Source: Minisyncoccota bacterium
Lineage (GTDB): Bacteria > Patescibacteriota > Minisyncoccia > Phycocordibacterales > JABAAK01
Length of the DNA: 50,132 nt
Assembly: GCA_958295675.1 (NCBI GenBank)
Contig: OY282360.1
Span: forward strand, 1-50,132
Direction: 5' to 3'
The notes below the pieces were generated by a model. The model saw only the letters and a list, made by a program, of their open reading frames with translations, ran no database searches and was not told the origin of the DNA. Every line of letters starts with the position of its first letter. Positions within the stretch are counted from its first letter, which is position 1. Below are positions 18,638 to 27,612 of this stretch, one piece after another. The position numbers and the translations under genes were made by a program.

Positions 18638-19110
18638 ATTTCATACTTACTTCTTATCTACTATTGTTCCATACTTTTTTCCCATCACAGAACATATCAA
18701 GATTAGGTTCAAATAACAGTATATATTTACTACCATTAGTCAAATTTACCTTTCACGGAGGCTCGCAGTTATTATTTTTCCTTATGATGGGTGTTGAGGT
18801 TGAAGAAATCAAGAATACTGTGGGTATTGATGACGAATATTTTGCACAATTTCAATGAATAAGTCATATATCTTTTATTTTTGGCATTTTCAAGGCAGAA
18901 ATTAAGATATATTGTGGACAATAATAAAATATAAATGTATAATAAATACACATGAAAAACAACAGCCAAAACAAATTTTATTCTGAATGTGTAGAAGAGA
19001 GGTACTCAGAGACAACAGGGACAATTGAAGAGAATCCTCCGTATGAATTTTTTTCAGGAATCCCGTTAGAAAAAGAGGATTACATTTACACAGATACAAA
19101 CCGATCAATA

Positions 19111-19725
19111 TTACCCACGGACATAGGCACTAACATTAACACATAGCGAATCACCTATCTCTGGAACCTTTATATCTTTAATAATATTCTTATCCTTCGC
19201 AAAAGATAAATCTTTGGACGAACCTTGTCTAAAAAGTTCTTTTATTTCATCTTCTGTAATATTAGTATTACTTGCAATAATACCTGCTATTTTTTCTTCG
19301 TCTTTTTCTATCCTGCTTTCCATCTCCCTAACATTACTTAAATCAAGTGCTTGGTCAGCGAAAATACGACATTTTGTACCATGGAAAAGAAAGGTGGAGT
19401 GAGGACATGCAAACCTTTCATTTCCGGCAAGAAAAATAACGGTTGCAACAGAATCAATATTTCCCATATTATAAACAATGATTTTTGTAGATAAAGATTT
19501 TAAAAAATTATAAAAGGTTATCCCTGCGGAAACATCACCACCTGGAGAAGAAAAAAGAAAGGAAATCGAAGAAGGGTTTTGACCACTAATCTGTAAAAAT
19601 GTGTTCATAAGATTTTGAACATTAGGGAGACTTATATCTCCAAAAAAACTTATAAAAACATTGTTCCCAGATACCTGTCTCTGCGGTAACGCTTGTACAT
19701 CCTGAACTTGCTGATTTGGCTCCAT
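19111..19725 (-). CDS. ClpP/SppA-fold serine protease-like protein (orphan)
   Basis: ORF 19111..19764. I chose the ATG at 19725, which avoids overlap with the nrdA stop. SSPGGDVSAG aligns to the ClpP INSPGG motif, NMGNIDSVATVIFLAG places a Ser where the ClpP nucleophile sits, and STFLFHG places a His at the ClpP catalytic His. The segment is AT-rich. Confidence 0.65.
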   Translation of the reverse strand: MEPNQQVQDVQALPQRQVSGNNVFISFFGDISLPNVQNLMNTFLQISGQNPSSISFLFSSPGGDVSAGITFYNFLKSLSTKIIVYNMGNIDSVATVIFLAGNERFACPHSTFLFHGTKCRIFADQALDLSNVREMESRIEKDEEKIAGIIASNTNITEDEIKELFRQGSSKDLSFAKDKNIIKDIKVPEIGDSLCVNVSAYVRG

Positions 19726-19738
19726 GTTCCTAATTACC

Positions 19739-22123
19739 TTAACTCCCACACGCAATGCAGACATTCGGATCGTCGTCGTCGTTTACCTGTTGTGCGGGAA
19801 CCGGCACCTCTTCTTTTTGAGGCACCACCTCCGAATCGGGTTCAACAAACTTTGTCTTATCAACAGAAAATTGCACCGCCTCTACCGCCGGTGTGTTGCG
19901 CAGGTAGTACATACCAGCTTTGAGACCCCGCTTCCACGCATGAAAGTGAAGTGCGGTTACCTTGCCCGCCGTTGCGCCGCGCATGTGAATATTCATGCTC
20001 ATGCTCTGACAGATGTACGGACCGCGATCCGCCGCCATATCAACAATGGAACGCTGTGGTATTTCCCAGACGGTGCGGTAGCGCATACGAATATCCTCCG
20101 GAATCTCTTTGATGTTCTGCACCGAACCGCGGGCGGCGACAAGTTTGAGCCGAAGTTCCTCGCTCCACACGCCGACTTCCTGAAGATCGCGCAGAAGGTG
20201 TTTGTTAATTAAAATAAATTCACCGGAAAGAACCCGTCGGACATAGAGGTTGGAGGTAAACGGTTCTATGGACTCATTATTACCGAATATCTGCGCGGTG
20301 GTCGCTGTCGGCATGGGTGCCATGAAGAGTGAATTGCGCAGACCGTGCTGCACCATGTCAGCACGCAGCTTTTCCCAATCCCACAGTCCGGAATCAGGCA
20401 CAACACCCCATAGGTCAAACTGGAACTTCCCTTCAGACGCGGGCGAACCGGCGAAGGTCTCGTAGACACCTTCCTTTTTGGCGATCTCAATAGATGCCTC
20501 AATCGCGCCGTGATAAATGGTCTCGAAAATGTTCTTATTCAATTCCCTTGCACGCGGCTCGTCAAAATTAAATTTCATCATTGCAAATGTGTCCGCGAGT
20601 CCCTGAATGCCGATACCCATCGGACGATGGCGCATATTGGAAGTCCTTGTTTCATTCAGTGCGTAATGGTTGCGATCAATCACCTTGTTGAGGTTTCGGC
20701 AGATGATTTTCGCGACATCATGCAGACGCTTAAAGTCATAGGAATTATCTTCTTTTACAAAACGGTTCACACAGATGGACGCGAGGTTGCAGATTGCGGT
20801 CTCCTTATCATCGGAATACTCAATAATCTCAGTGCAGAGATTGCTGCTGCGAATCGTGCCGAGGTTTTTTTGATTTGATTTGCGGTTCGCGGTATCTTTG
20901 TACAGCATGTACGGTGTCCCTGTCTCAATCTGCGCGTCAATAATGTGAAACCACAGGTCACGCGCTTTGACAGTTCTTCTGCCCCGTCCTTCACTCTCAT
21001 ACTGACGGTACAGCTCTTCAAATTCCTTGCCGTGCACCTTAAACAATCCCGGGCATTCTTTAGGACACATCAATGTCCATTCTTCATCCGCCTCAACGCG
21101 GCGCATGAATTCATCGGGAATCCATAGTCCCAAAAAGAGATCGCGGGTGCGCCGTTCCGGTGCGCCGTGATTTTTCTTAAGGTCCAGAAAATCAAACACG
21201 TCGGCGTGCCACGGCTCAAGGTAAATAGCGAACGCTCCTTTGCGCTTACCGCCCTGATCCACATATCGCGCGGTCTCGTTAAAGGTACGCAGCATCGGAA
21301 CGAGCCCGTTTGATGTTCCCCGTGATTTGGTGATAAAACTCCCTTTCGCGCGAATATTATGCACACTGATGGAGAGACCTCCGCCTGACTGTGATACCAG
21401 TGCCGCATCCGTCATTGTTTTGAATATGCCGCGTATACTGTCCGCGGACATCGAAAGCAGAAAACATGAGCTCATTTGCGGAATGGGTGTTCCTGCGTTA
21501 AAGAGTGTCGGTGTTGCGTGTGTGAAATCCTTCTGGGATGTGTGGTGATAGGTTTCAAAAGCGGCGTCCAGATTATTGCCATGTATGCCGAGCGCGACCC
21601 GCATGAACATATGCTGCGGGCGTTCCACTGCCCGTCCATTCATCTGCATCAGGTACTTTTGCTTTTCCAATGTCTTGAATCCAAAAAAGTCAAAAGATTC
21701 ATAATCCCTATCATGATCTATCTCCGCATCTATTCGTTCTCCGTGTTTGGTCACGATATCAAGCAGTTCATCTGACACGAATGGTGCGTGTTGCCCTGTC
21801 TTCGGCTCCACATACGCGTGCAGCATTTTGATTGTCTTAGTAAATGACGGATCTGTGTCTTTATGCAGATTAGAGATGGCTATACGCGCCGCAAGTTTTA
21901 AGAAGTCAGAGTGTGTGGTTGCCATAGAGGCGCATACGCGCGCGGCAAGGTCATCAAGTTCAGTTGTTTTTATATTATCCTGCAGTCCGTCAACAACCCG
22001 CTGAGTAATTTCGGCAGGGTCAATAAACTTGGTGTCTAACCCTTCGGTAAGATTGGTGAGACGCTCAAGGATAGCGTCAAAGCGAACCTCCTCGCGCCGA
22101 CCATCCCGTTTGATGACATACAT
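19739..22123 (-). CDS. nrdA: Ribonucleotide-diphosphate reductase alpha subunit (class I, with ATP-cone)
   Basis: N-terminal ATP-cone (VIKRDGRREEVRFDAILERL), an active-site SNLCTEI loop and a C-terminal CIACGS redox tail. Confidence 0.95.
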   Translation of the reverse strand: MYVIKRDGRREEVRFDAILERLTNLTEGLDTKFIDPAEITQRVVDGLQDNIKTTELDDLAARVCASMATTHSDFLKLAARIAISNLHKDTDPSFTKTIKMLHAYVEPKTGQHAPFVSDELLDIVTKHGERIDAEIDHDRDYESFDFFGFKTLEKQKYLMQMNGRAVERPQHMFMRVALGIHGNNLDAAFETYHHTSQKDFTHATPTLFNAGTPIPQMSSCFLLSMSADSIRGIFKTMTDAALVSQSGGGLSISVHNIRAKGSFITKSRGTSNGLVPMLRTFNETARYVDQGGKRKGAFAIYLEPWHADVFDFLDLKKNHGAPERRTRDLFLGLWIPDEFMRRVEADEEWTLMCPKECPGLFKVHGKEFEELYRQYESEGRGRRTVKARDLWFHIIDAQIETGTPYMLYKDTANRKSNQKNLGTIRSSNLCTEIIEYSDDKETAICNLASICVNRFVKEDNSYDFKRLHDVAKIICRNLNKVIDRNHYALNETRTSNMRHRPMGIGIQGLADTFAMMKFNFDEPRARELNKNIFETIYHGAIEASIEIAKKEGVYETFAGSPASEGKFQFDLWGVVPDSGLWDWEKLRADMVQHGLRNSLFMAPMPTATTAQIFGNNESIEPFTSNLYVRRVLSGEFILINKHLLRDLQEVGVWSEELRLKLVAARGSVQNIKEIPEDIRMRYRTVWEIPQRSIVDMAADRGPYICQSMSMNIHMRGATAGKVTALHFHAWKRGLKAGMYYLRNTPAVEAVQFSVDKTKFVEPDSEVVPQKEEVPVPAQQVNDDDDPNVCIACGS

Positions 22124-22250
22124 ATACTAATAGCATAGAATTGTTGGAATGGTGTGGGGAAGCGTGTCCACAAACCCGAACATATGGGTCAATTAAATCA
22201 ATGGATGCTGGAGAGCACAACTGACCAAATGCCTATTGACACATGACGGG

Positions 22251-23285
22251 TCAGAAGTCCAAACCCAAATTAAAATCCCGATGCACATCCTGATTGGTTG
22301 CGACACCGGCTTTCTGATATTCGGACACCCGACGCTCAAAAAAGTTAGTTTTCCCCTCGAGTGATATCATCTCCATGAAATCAAACGGGTTCTGTGCGTT
22401 AAACATCTTCTTAAGACCGAGCTCAGTCAGCAGGTGATCGGCAACGTATTCAATGTACTGCGACATTCTGTCCGCGTTCATGCCGATGAGCCGCACCGGC
22501 AGTGATTCGGTCACGAACTCCTTCTCAAGCGCAACAGCTTCAGTGATGATGGACGACATTCGCTCTTCGGAAAGTTTGTTCACAACATGATCACGGTAAA
22601 GCATGCAGGCGAAATCACGATGCATTCCCTCATCCCTGGAAATCAGTTGGTTTGCGAATGATAAACTGGGCATCAATCCGCGGTGCTTGAGCCAAAAGAT
22701 GGAACAAAAACTTCCGGAAAAAAAGATACCTTCCACAACAGCGAAAGCGATAAGTCGTTCAACAAAACTTCCCTGTTCAATCCATCGGAGCGCCCAGTCC
22801 GCTTTTTTCTTCACGGACGGAACGGTGGTAATGGCGTTCAGTAAATGATTCTGCTCCTCCTTGTCACGAATATACGAATCAATCAACAGTGAATAGGTAT
22901 GGGAATGTATATTTTCAATAGCAATCTGAAATCCGTAAAAAAACTTCGCCTCAATATACTGCACCTGGCTCATAAAATCCTCCGCGAGATTCTTGTTAAC
23001 AATACCGTCTGACGCGGCGAAGAAGGCGAGAACATGCTTAACGAAGTACCGCTCATCATCAGTAAGCCGATCATGCCAATCAATGAGGTCATCTGAAAAA
23101 TCAATTTCCTCAGGAACCCAAAAATTAGCGACAGAACGACGATAGAACTCCCAGATGTCGTTGTGCACTATGGGAAACAGCACAAACCGTTCCGCATCAG
23201 CGGCAAGCAGCGGTTCGGTACGCGCATCCTGCTGCAGCCCGGCGGGTTTGGATATACCAGATATATTTATAGAAGTGTTTTCCAT
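22251..23285 (-). CDS. nrdB: Ribonucleotide-diphosphate reductase beta subunit
   Basis: Ferritin-like di-iron motifs ([21 protein letters not shown]) and an acidic C-terminal tail. It lies immediately upstream of nrdA on the same strand. Confidence 0.95.
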   Translation of the reverse strand: MENTSINISGISKPAGLQQDARTEPLLAADAERFVLFPIVHNDIWEFYRRSVANFWVPEEIDFSDDLIDWHDRLTDDERYFVKHVLAFFAASDGIVNKNLAEDFMSQVQYIEAKFFYGFQIAIENIHSHTYSLLIDSYIRDKEEQNHLLNAITTVPSVKKKADWALRWIEQGSFVERLIAFAVVEGIFFSGSFCSIFWLKHRGLMPSLSFANQLISRDEGMHRDFACMLYRDHVVNKLSEERMSSIITEAVALEKEFVTESLPVRLIGMNADRMSQYIEYVADHLLTELGLKKMFNAQNPFDFMEMISLEGKTNFFERRVSEYQKAGVATNQDVHRDFNLGLDF

Positions 23286-23458
23286 GATGCTTTATGAGAA
23301 GTAAAGACAAACAAAGATAGTATACCTGACAAACAAAAATTAAATCGGAAATGGGAAGAAAAACCCTGTGAAAATTGTGGAAACTTTACAGAACACCATA
23401 TAGTTATATAATCAAAATCTGTTGCGAAAGCGTATGAAGTGCGATACCATACTGTGCA

Positions 23459-24085
23459 ATGCTGACTGACACACAAATAACGCCGATACACGCGAAAAAT
23501 CGCCGGGATATACAAATCACCCCAGGCGACACCATTCGTGTGCACCAAAAGATAGTGGAGGGTGAGAAAACCCGTACACAGGTGTTTGAGGGTATTGTCA
23601 TTGCCTGCAAACACGGATCGGAAGCGGGGTCCACATTCACCGTCAGGAGGGTGGGATCGGACGGCATCGCGGTTGAGAAGATATTCCCTCTGTACTCTCC
23701 GATGATTGATAAGATAGAAGTGACCAAACGCACAAAGACGAGACGAGCAAAACTCTATTTCCTCAGAGATAAGACACCGAAACAAATCAGAGAAAAACTC
23801 CGAAGAACAAAAATAGTGTCTGAAGAGATGACCAATGAACCGAACGATGCAGATTCTTCGGAGCCGACAGAAGTGACACAGGAAGAAACAGCGGCGGAAC
23901 AGCCGGAACAGAAACCGGCGACAGACACAGAAAACCAAAACACAGAGGCAGAGGAACAAAAAACTGAAGAGGAGGAGCAGGTGCCGGAAATAAAAGAAGA
24001 ATCAGCGGCGGAAATAAAACAGGAAGACAAGGAATCGGCACAAAAAGAAACACCGACGGAACCAGAAGCGAAAAAAGATGCATAG
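23459..24085 (+). CDS. rplS: Ribosomal protein L19 with a ~90-aa acidic/lysine-rich C-terminal extension
   Basis: The first ~115 aa match L19 ([27 protein letters not shown]..., RRAKLYFLR). The remainder is an E/K/T/Q-rich low-complexity tail. Confidence 0.9.
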   Translation: MLTDTQITPIHAKNRRDIQITPGDTIRVHQKIVEGEKTRTQVFEGIVIACKHGSEAGSTFTVRRVGSDGIAVEKIFPLYSPMIDKIEVTKRTKTRRAKLYFLRDKTPKQIREKLRRTKIVSEEMTNEPNDADSSEPTEVTQEETAAEQPEQKPATDTENQNTEAEEQKTEEEEQVPEIKEESAAEIKQEDKESAQKETPTEPEAKKDA

Positions 24086-24106
24086 CCGAGGTATACTGTT
24101 CAATAT

Positions 24107-24190
24107 GCCCAGGTGGCGAAATTGGTAGACGCGTACGCTTCAGGAGCGTATGGGAGCAATCCTGTGGAGGTTCAAGTCCTCTCCTGGGCA
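24107..24190 (+). tRNA. tRNA-Leu (anticodon CAG), long variable arm
   Basis: Hand fold: acceptor GCCCAGG/CCTGGGC, anticodon stem TACGC/GCGTA with loop TTCAGGA, a long variable arm, and T-loop TTCAAGT. Confidence 0.85.
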
Positions 24191-24193
24191 CCC

Positions 24194-24656
24194 GAGAGCA
24201 CAAAATACCAGTGCCGAAGAAAGAATCCGTGGTACAATAAAAAATACCCGTTACAATCCACATGATGTCTGTACATTAACAGCACATCTTGTGTCCCGCG
24301 ATTAGTGGGAATGCGCCCGCAAGGGTGGTAATACCACGGTTTCCCTGTTCCTCAAAAAATAGGGACACGAAAGTATTACAATAAATTGTTTGTTTCTGAA
24401 TGCATTAATACTGTGTATTAATACATTCACAAGAACAGACTTTTTCTTTGCAAGCCATTGCTTGATATAGAAGTAAATTTGTAATCAGTAACGGGCAGAG
24501 CTGAACGAGGACGGGCTTTTGCCCTCCGAGATATAACTCGGGATTATGAATTTACTTATATTGTTATGGAAAAAATAAAAAACTTACTATTCCTATTAAG
24601 AGTAGTAAGAATTATTATTGAAATGATAGCGATGTGCTTGTATAAGAAGTTTAAGT
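24194..24656 (+). ncRNA. Candidate structured leader/ncRNA of the reverse transcriptase (possible msr-msd-like template RNA)
   Basis: ~460 nt with no credible ORF directly upstream of the RT on the same strand. It contains several hairpins: GTGTCCC 24291-24297 pairing with GGGACAC 24362-24368; a 14-bp AT-rich hairpin at 24398-24428; and a 10-bp hairpin at 24583-24609. Boundaries and strand are unverified. Confidence 0.3.
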
Positions 24657-25565
24657 ATGATGCATCAAACTGAACAAGAACACTTTGACTTCTTATACAA
24701 GCACACCAGCAGAGACAAGATATTGGATCCGCAGGTACAGTACATCGTTTCACACATTGACAGTCACTACCGTGAAGAGAAAAGATTAAAAGCAAGTGGA
24801 GGTTTTAGAGTTCTGCATAAACCCTCCGAGCAACTGAAACAGATTCAAATAAAGATACTGGAAGAAATCAAAAAAATTAATGCGGAAAAGTGCACTATAT
24901 CGCCGAGAGTGTTCGGTCTAGGTGAAAGTAACATGAAAGAAAATGTGCTTCCACACGCAAAAAACAGACATATATTCAAGATTGACATAAAGGATTTTTT
25001 TGACAGTGTAAATTATGAAAAAGTAAAGACAGGTTTCAAGGCACTCGGCTGCAACGATGAAAAAGCGGAAATACTGACGCGGTTGTGTACCTACAAATAC
25101 TGCATACCGCAAGGAGTGCCGACGAGCTCAATGCTCGCGTCAATCTGTCTGAAAAACTGCGATAGACGCATTGAAAACCTGTGCGAGGAATTGGGTATGG
25201 TATACACCAGATATGCTGATGACATTACGATATCCTGTAAAAATAAAATAACGGATGAAACGCAGAGAAATATCAAAAAAATTATCACGCAAGAGGGTCT
25301 CACAACAAACGAAAAAACAAAGGTGGTTGATACACGAAGCGAACCATGTGAGATTACCGGCGTTATACTACAAAACGGTAAAATGATGACAAAATATCAC
25401 CCTGATCAGGAAAAACACGACTTCATCAAGAAAAGAATACCTATCAAACAGAGTGAGATAGATCCACAACTCTGTGGAGTATTGGAATGGATCAGAAATA
25501 TAGACCCTGAGTACTATCATACACTGACCAACAACCAAAGAACAGCAAAAATGCAATCAGAGTAA
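24657..25565 (+). CDS. Retron-type reverse transcriptase
   Basis: 302 aa. The RT motifs appear in order: NVLPHAKNRHIFKIDIKDFFDSV (NAxxH-like region plus motif 1/2), IPQGVPTSSMLASI (motif 4), YTRYADDITIS (YADD catalytic motif), TTNEKTKV, then EITGVIL (a VTG-like motif characteristic of retron RTs). The size is typical of retron RTs. Confidence 0.85.
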   Translation: MMHQTEQEHFDFLYKHTSRDKILDPQVQYIVSHIDSHYREEKRLKASGGFRVLHKPSEQLKQIQIKILEEIKKINAEKCTISPRVFGLGESNMKENVLPHAKNRHIFKIDIKDFFDSVNYEKVKTGFKALGCNDEKAEILTRLCTYKYCIPQGVPTSSMLASICLKNCDRRIENLCEELGMVYTRYADDITISCKNKITDETQRNIKKIITQEGLTTNEKTKVVDTRSEPCEITGVILQNGKMMTKYHPDQEKHDFIKKRIPIKQSEIDPQLCGVLEWIRNIDPEYYHTLTNNQRTAKMQSE

Positions 25566-25728
25566 GCAACAACAGACGACTTTGCAAGGTATAGGAGGAC
25601 ATGATGGTGAACGGAACAAATCAGCACAGCATTTTTGGTCTCGGATTTTTGTGAAGTGGAGTAGAGTAAAAAGACGAGATGAGAGAAATAGAGCGGCTGT
25701 ATACACCACCGAACATATCTTGCACCTT

Positions 25729-26451
25729 TTACACCCTCTCACACAACGCTTTGGCAGCGGCAAAATCTTTTGGATACTCCGCGACTATATCAACTCTTTC
25801 ACTCTGGTAGTGTAATTGCAGTGACAGCCGGCGCGCATGCAGAGCGAGACGGGTGAAACCGAGTAATGGAGAGTGTTTCGGCGCATACCGAGCATCACAC
25901 ACAATGGGTGTTCCTAATGACTGCGCATGTACGCGGATTTGGTGTGTGCGACCGGTCTGAGGATAAAACGATATGAGTGAGGTGTTCTCTTTGCACGCGG
26001 CAATGACCGCATACTCGGTACACGCATCCCGGCTCATACCGCGAATGTTACGTGTTGTTTGCTTCCGAAAATCTGATCGGCTCTTCCCTATAGGCAAGCG
26101 CACGGTGCCGCGTGTGTTTTTTGGCTTGCCGTATACAAACGCATGGTATTCTTTTTCAATCTTTCCTTTCTGAAAATGTTTTTTTATCTCAGCGAAGGTC
26201 TCCTGATCTTTCGCAATGAGCATGGCTCCGGATGTCTCCCTGTCTAAACGGTGCACAATGCCGGGTCTGTGGATTGTATTCCCCTGCTGATCGGTGTAGG
26301 TCTCGCCAACCTCTTGCAGTGCCGGATACTGCTCGCACAGCCAATCCGACAGGGTGCGGTCAGTATTGACACCGGCGTGCACCACCAAGCCGGACGGCTT
26401 ATCAATCGCTAAAAGGTGTTCGTCCTCGTAAATGACGGTTGGTTCCTGCAT
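25729..26451 (-). CDS. RluA-family pseudouridine synthase
   Basis: VIYEDEHLLAIDKPSGLVVH and the catalytic HRLDRETSGAMLIAK motif. There is no N-terminal S4 domain. Confidence 0.9.
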   Translation of the reverse strand: MQEPTVIYEDEHLLAIDKPSGLVVHAGVNTDRTLSDWLCEQYPALQEVGETYTDQQGNTIHRPGIVHRLDRETSGAMLIAKDQETFAEIKKHFQKGKIEKEYHAFVYGKPKNTRGTVRLPIGKSRSDFRKQTTRNIRGMSRDACTEYAVIAACKENTSLISFYPQTGRTHQIRVHAQSLGTPIVCDARYAPKHSPLLGFTRLALHARRLSLQLHYQSERVDIVAEYPKDFAAAKALCERV

Positions 26452-26528
26452 TGGTGGGCGATGCAGGGCTCGAACCTGCGGCCTTCTGGGTGTAAACCAG
26501 ACGCTCTAGCCAACTGAGCTAATCGCCC
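26452..26528 (-). tRNA. tRNA-Val (anticodon TAC), CCA encoded
   Basis: The reverse complement folds as GGGCGAT-TA-GCTC..GAGC-G-TCTGG-TTTACAC-CCAGA-AGGCC-GCAGG-TTCGAGC-CCTGC-ATCGCCC-A-CCA. Confidence 0.9.
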
Positions 26529-26562
26529 TACCGCCTAATATACCACACGCCTATTTGTCCTG

Positions 26563-27609
26563 TTAAGAGCCGGTGCCGCGCGAAACCGCTGTTTTAACCG
26601 GGTAGCCGAGATCTATTTTCTCATCGTGCAGCTTTTCTAAAATACCCAAATGAACGGTGTGTCTGGTGTCAACAAACTCATCAAAAGTTGCGCCCTCTAT
26701 TTTATACACCGCCTCAAACATAACGGCATGCTCGCCGAATTCAAGGATTTTCGCATAACCGAACAATACTTTATTATGTGAAGAAACAACATCTTCAATC
26801 AGTTTCGGGATGCTCTGAAGTTTTTCCGGGGTGGTTTTATATGCAACAGGAATGGTGTGAACCACCTTTCTTTGGGTGCGGTCGGTAATATTGCGAAGCT
26901 CGGTGCCGACCAATTGCTCATTCGGAACGACAATCTTTTCACCGGAGAAGGCGCGAACATGAGTCGTTTTAATGCCGACGCGCTCAACTGTTCCGCTGAT
27001 AGATCCTATCTCAATACTGTCTCCCTCCGAAAACGGCTTATCGAAAAAAATCACAAAGGAACTGAAAAGATCCGCGAGTATTTTCTGAAACGCGAACGCG
27101 ATGGCGATACCACCGATACCGAGACCCGCAACAAGCGCCGTTATATTAACGCCGAGGTTTGACAGTACGAATGTGAACACAAAAAGCGCGGAAACAATTT
27201 TCAAAAGCATGCTGATTGCCGGCAGCGCGGTTGTGAATGCTCTGCGTGTGCCTCCGACACTCTCTACATACTCTTTACCGAAAAAATCAATGAGGCGGAA
27301 CAGGATGATAACCACCGCAACACCAAGAAAGATAACCAATACATGGCCGAGTGCATTTTCAACAACGGACGGAGTAGTGATGAAGAAGCGAAAAGCTATG
27401 AGAAAGGCGAGGATTGCGTAGAACTTTGAGCCGAATGAACGGATAACCACAACAAGCGTATCATCAATTTTTGTGTCCGTCTTTCTTGACCTTCTGACAA
27501 CATGACGCACAAGCAGTGTGCGGATAATAATACCGAGACCGATAACAGCGAGAAATGCGACGATGGCGATAGCGATATCTGGAGCGGTATTATTGTAGAT
27601 TTCAAACAT
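26563..27609 (-). CDS. Mechanosensitive ion channel, MscS family
   Basis: N-terminal TM helices followed by the MscS beta-domain signature (FFDKPFSEGDSIEIGSISGTVERVGIKTTHVRAFSGEKIVVPN). Confidence 0.9.
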   Translation of the reverse strand: MFEIYNNTAPDIAIAIVAFLAVIGLGIIIRTLLVRHVVRRSRKTDTKIDDTLVVVIRSFGSKFYAILAFLIAFRFFITTPSVVENALGHVLVIFLGVAVVIILFRLIDFFGKEYVESVGGTRRAFTTALPAISMLLKIVSALFVFTFVLSNLGVNITALVAGLGIGGIAIAFAFQKILADLFSSFVIFFDKPFSEGDSIEIGSISGTVERVGIKTTHVRAFSGEKIVVPNEQLVGTELRNITDRTQRKVVHTIPVAYKTTPEKLQSIPKLIEDVVSSHNKVLFGYAKILEFGEHAVMFEAVYKIEGATFDEFVDTRHTVHLGILEKLHDEKIDLGYPVKTAVSRGTGS

Positions 27610-27612
27610 ATA

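Noticed and set aside
18952-19146. 64-aa plus-strand ORF between the RM cluster and the ClpP-like gene
   Set aside because: It has no RBS and no motif, and it overlaps the 3' end of the ClpP-like gene. It could be a small real gene, but nothing in the sequence supports that.
23393-23405. NrdR-box-like sequence ACACCATATAGTT upstream of nrdB
   Set aside because: It is only a partial match to the 16-bp NrdR palindrome as I remember it. No convincing second box was found and no nrdR gene is in the window, so it is not reported as a regulatory site.
24284-24721. A possible long-range retron a1/a2 pairing: ATCTTGTGTC (24284-24293) with GAGACAAGAT (24712-24721)
   Set aside because: Only 9 of 10 positions pair, and the arms are ~430 nt apart with the 3' arm inside the RT coding region. 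My rough estimate is that a match of this quality between two ~100-nt windows is expected by chance about one time in three.
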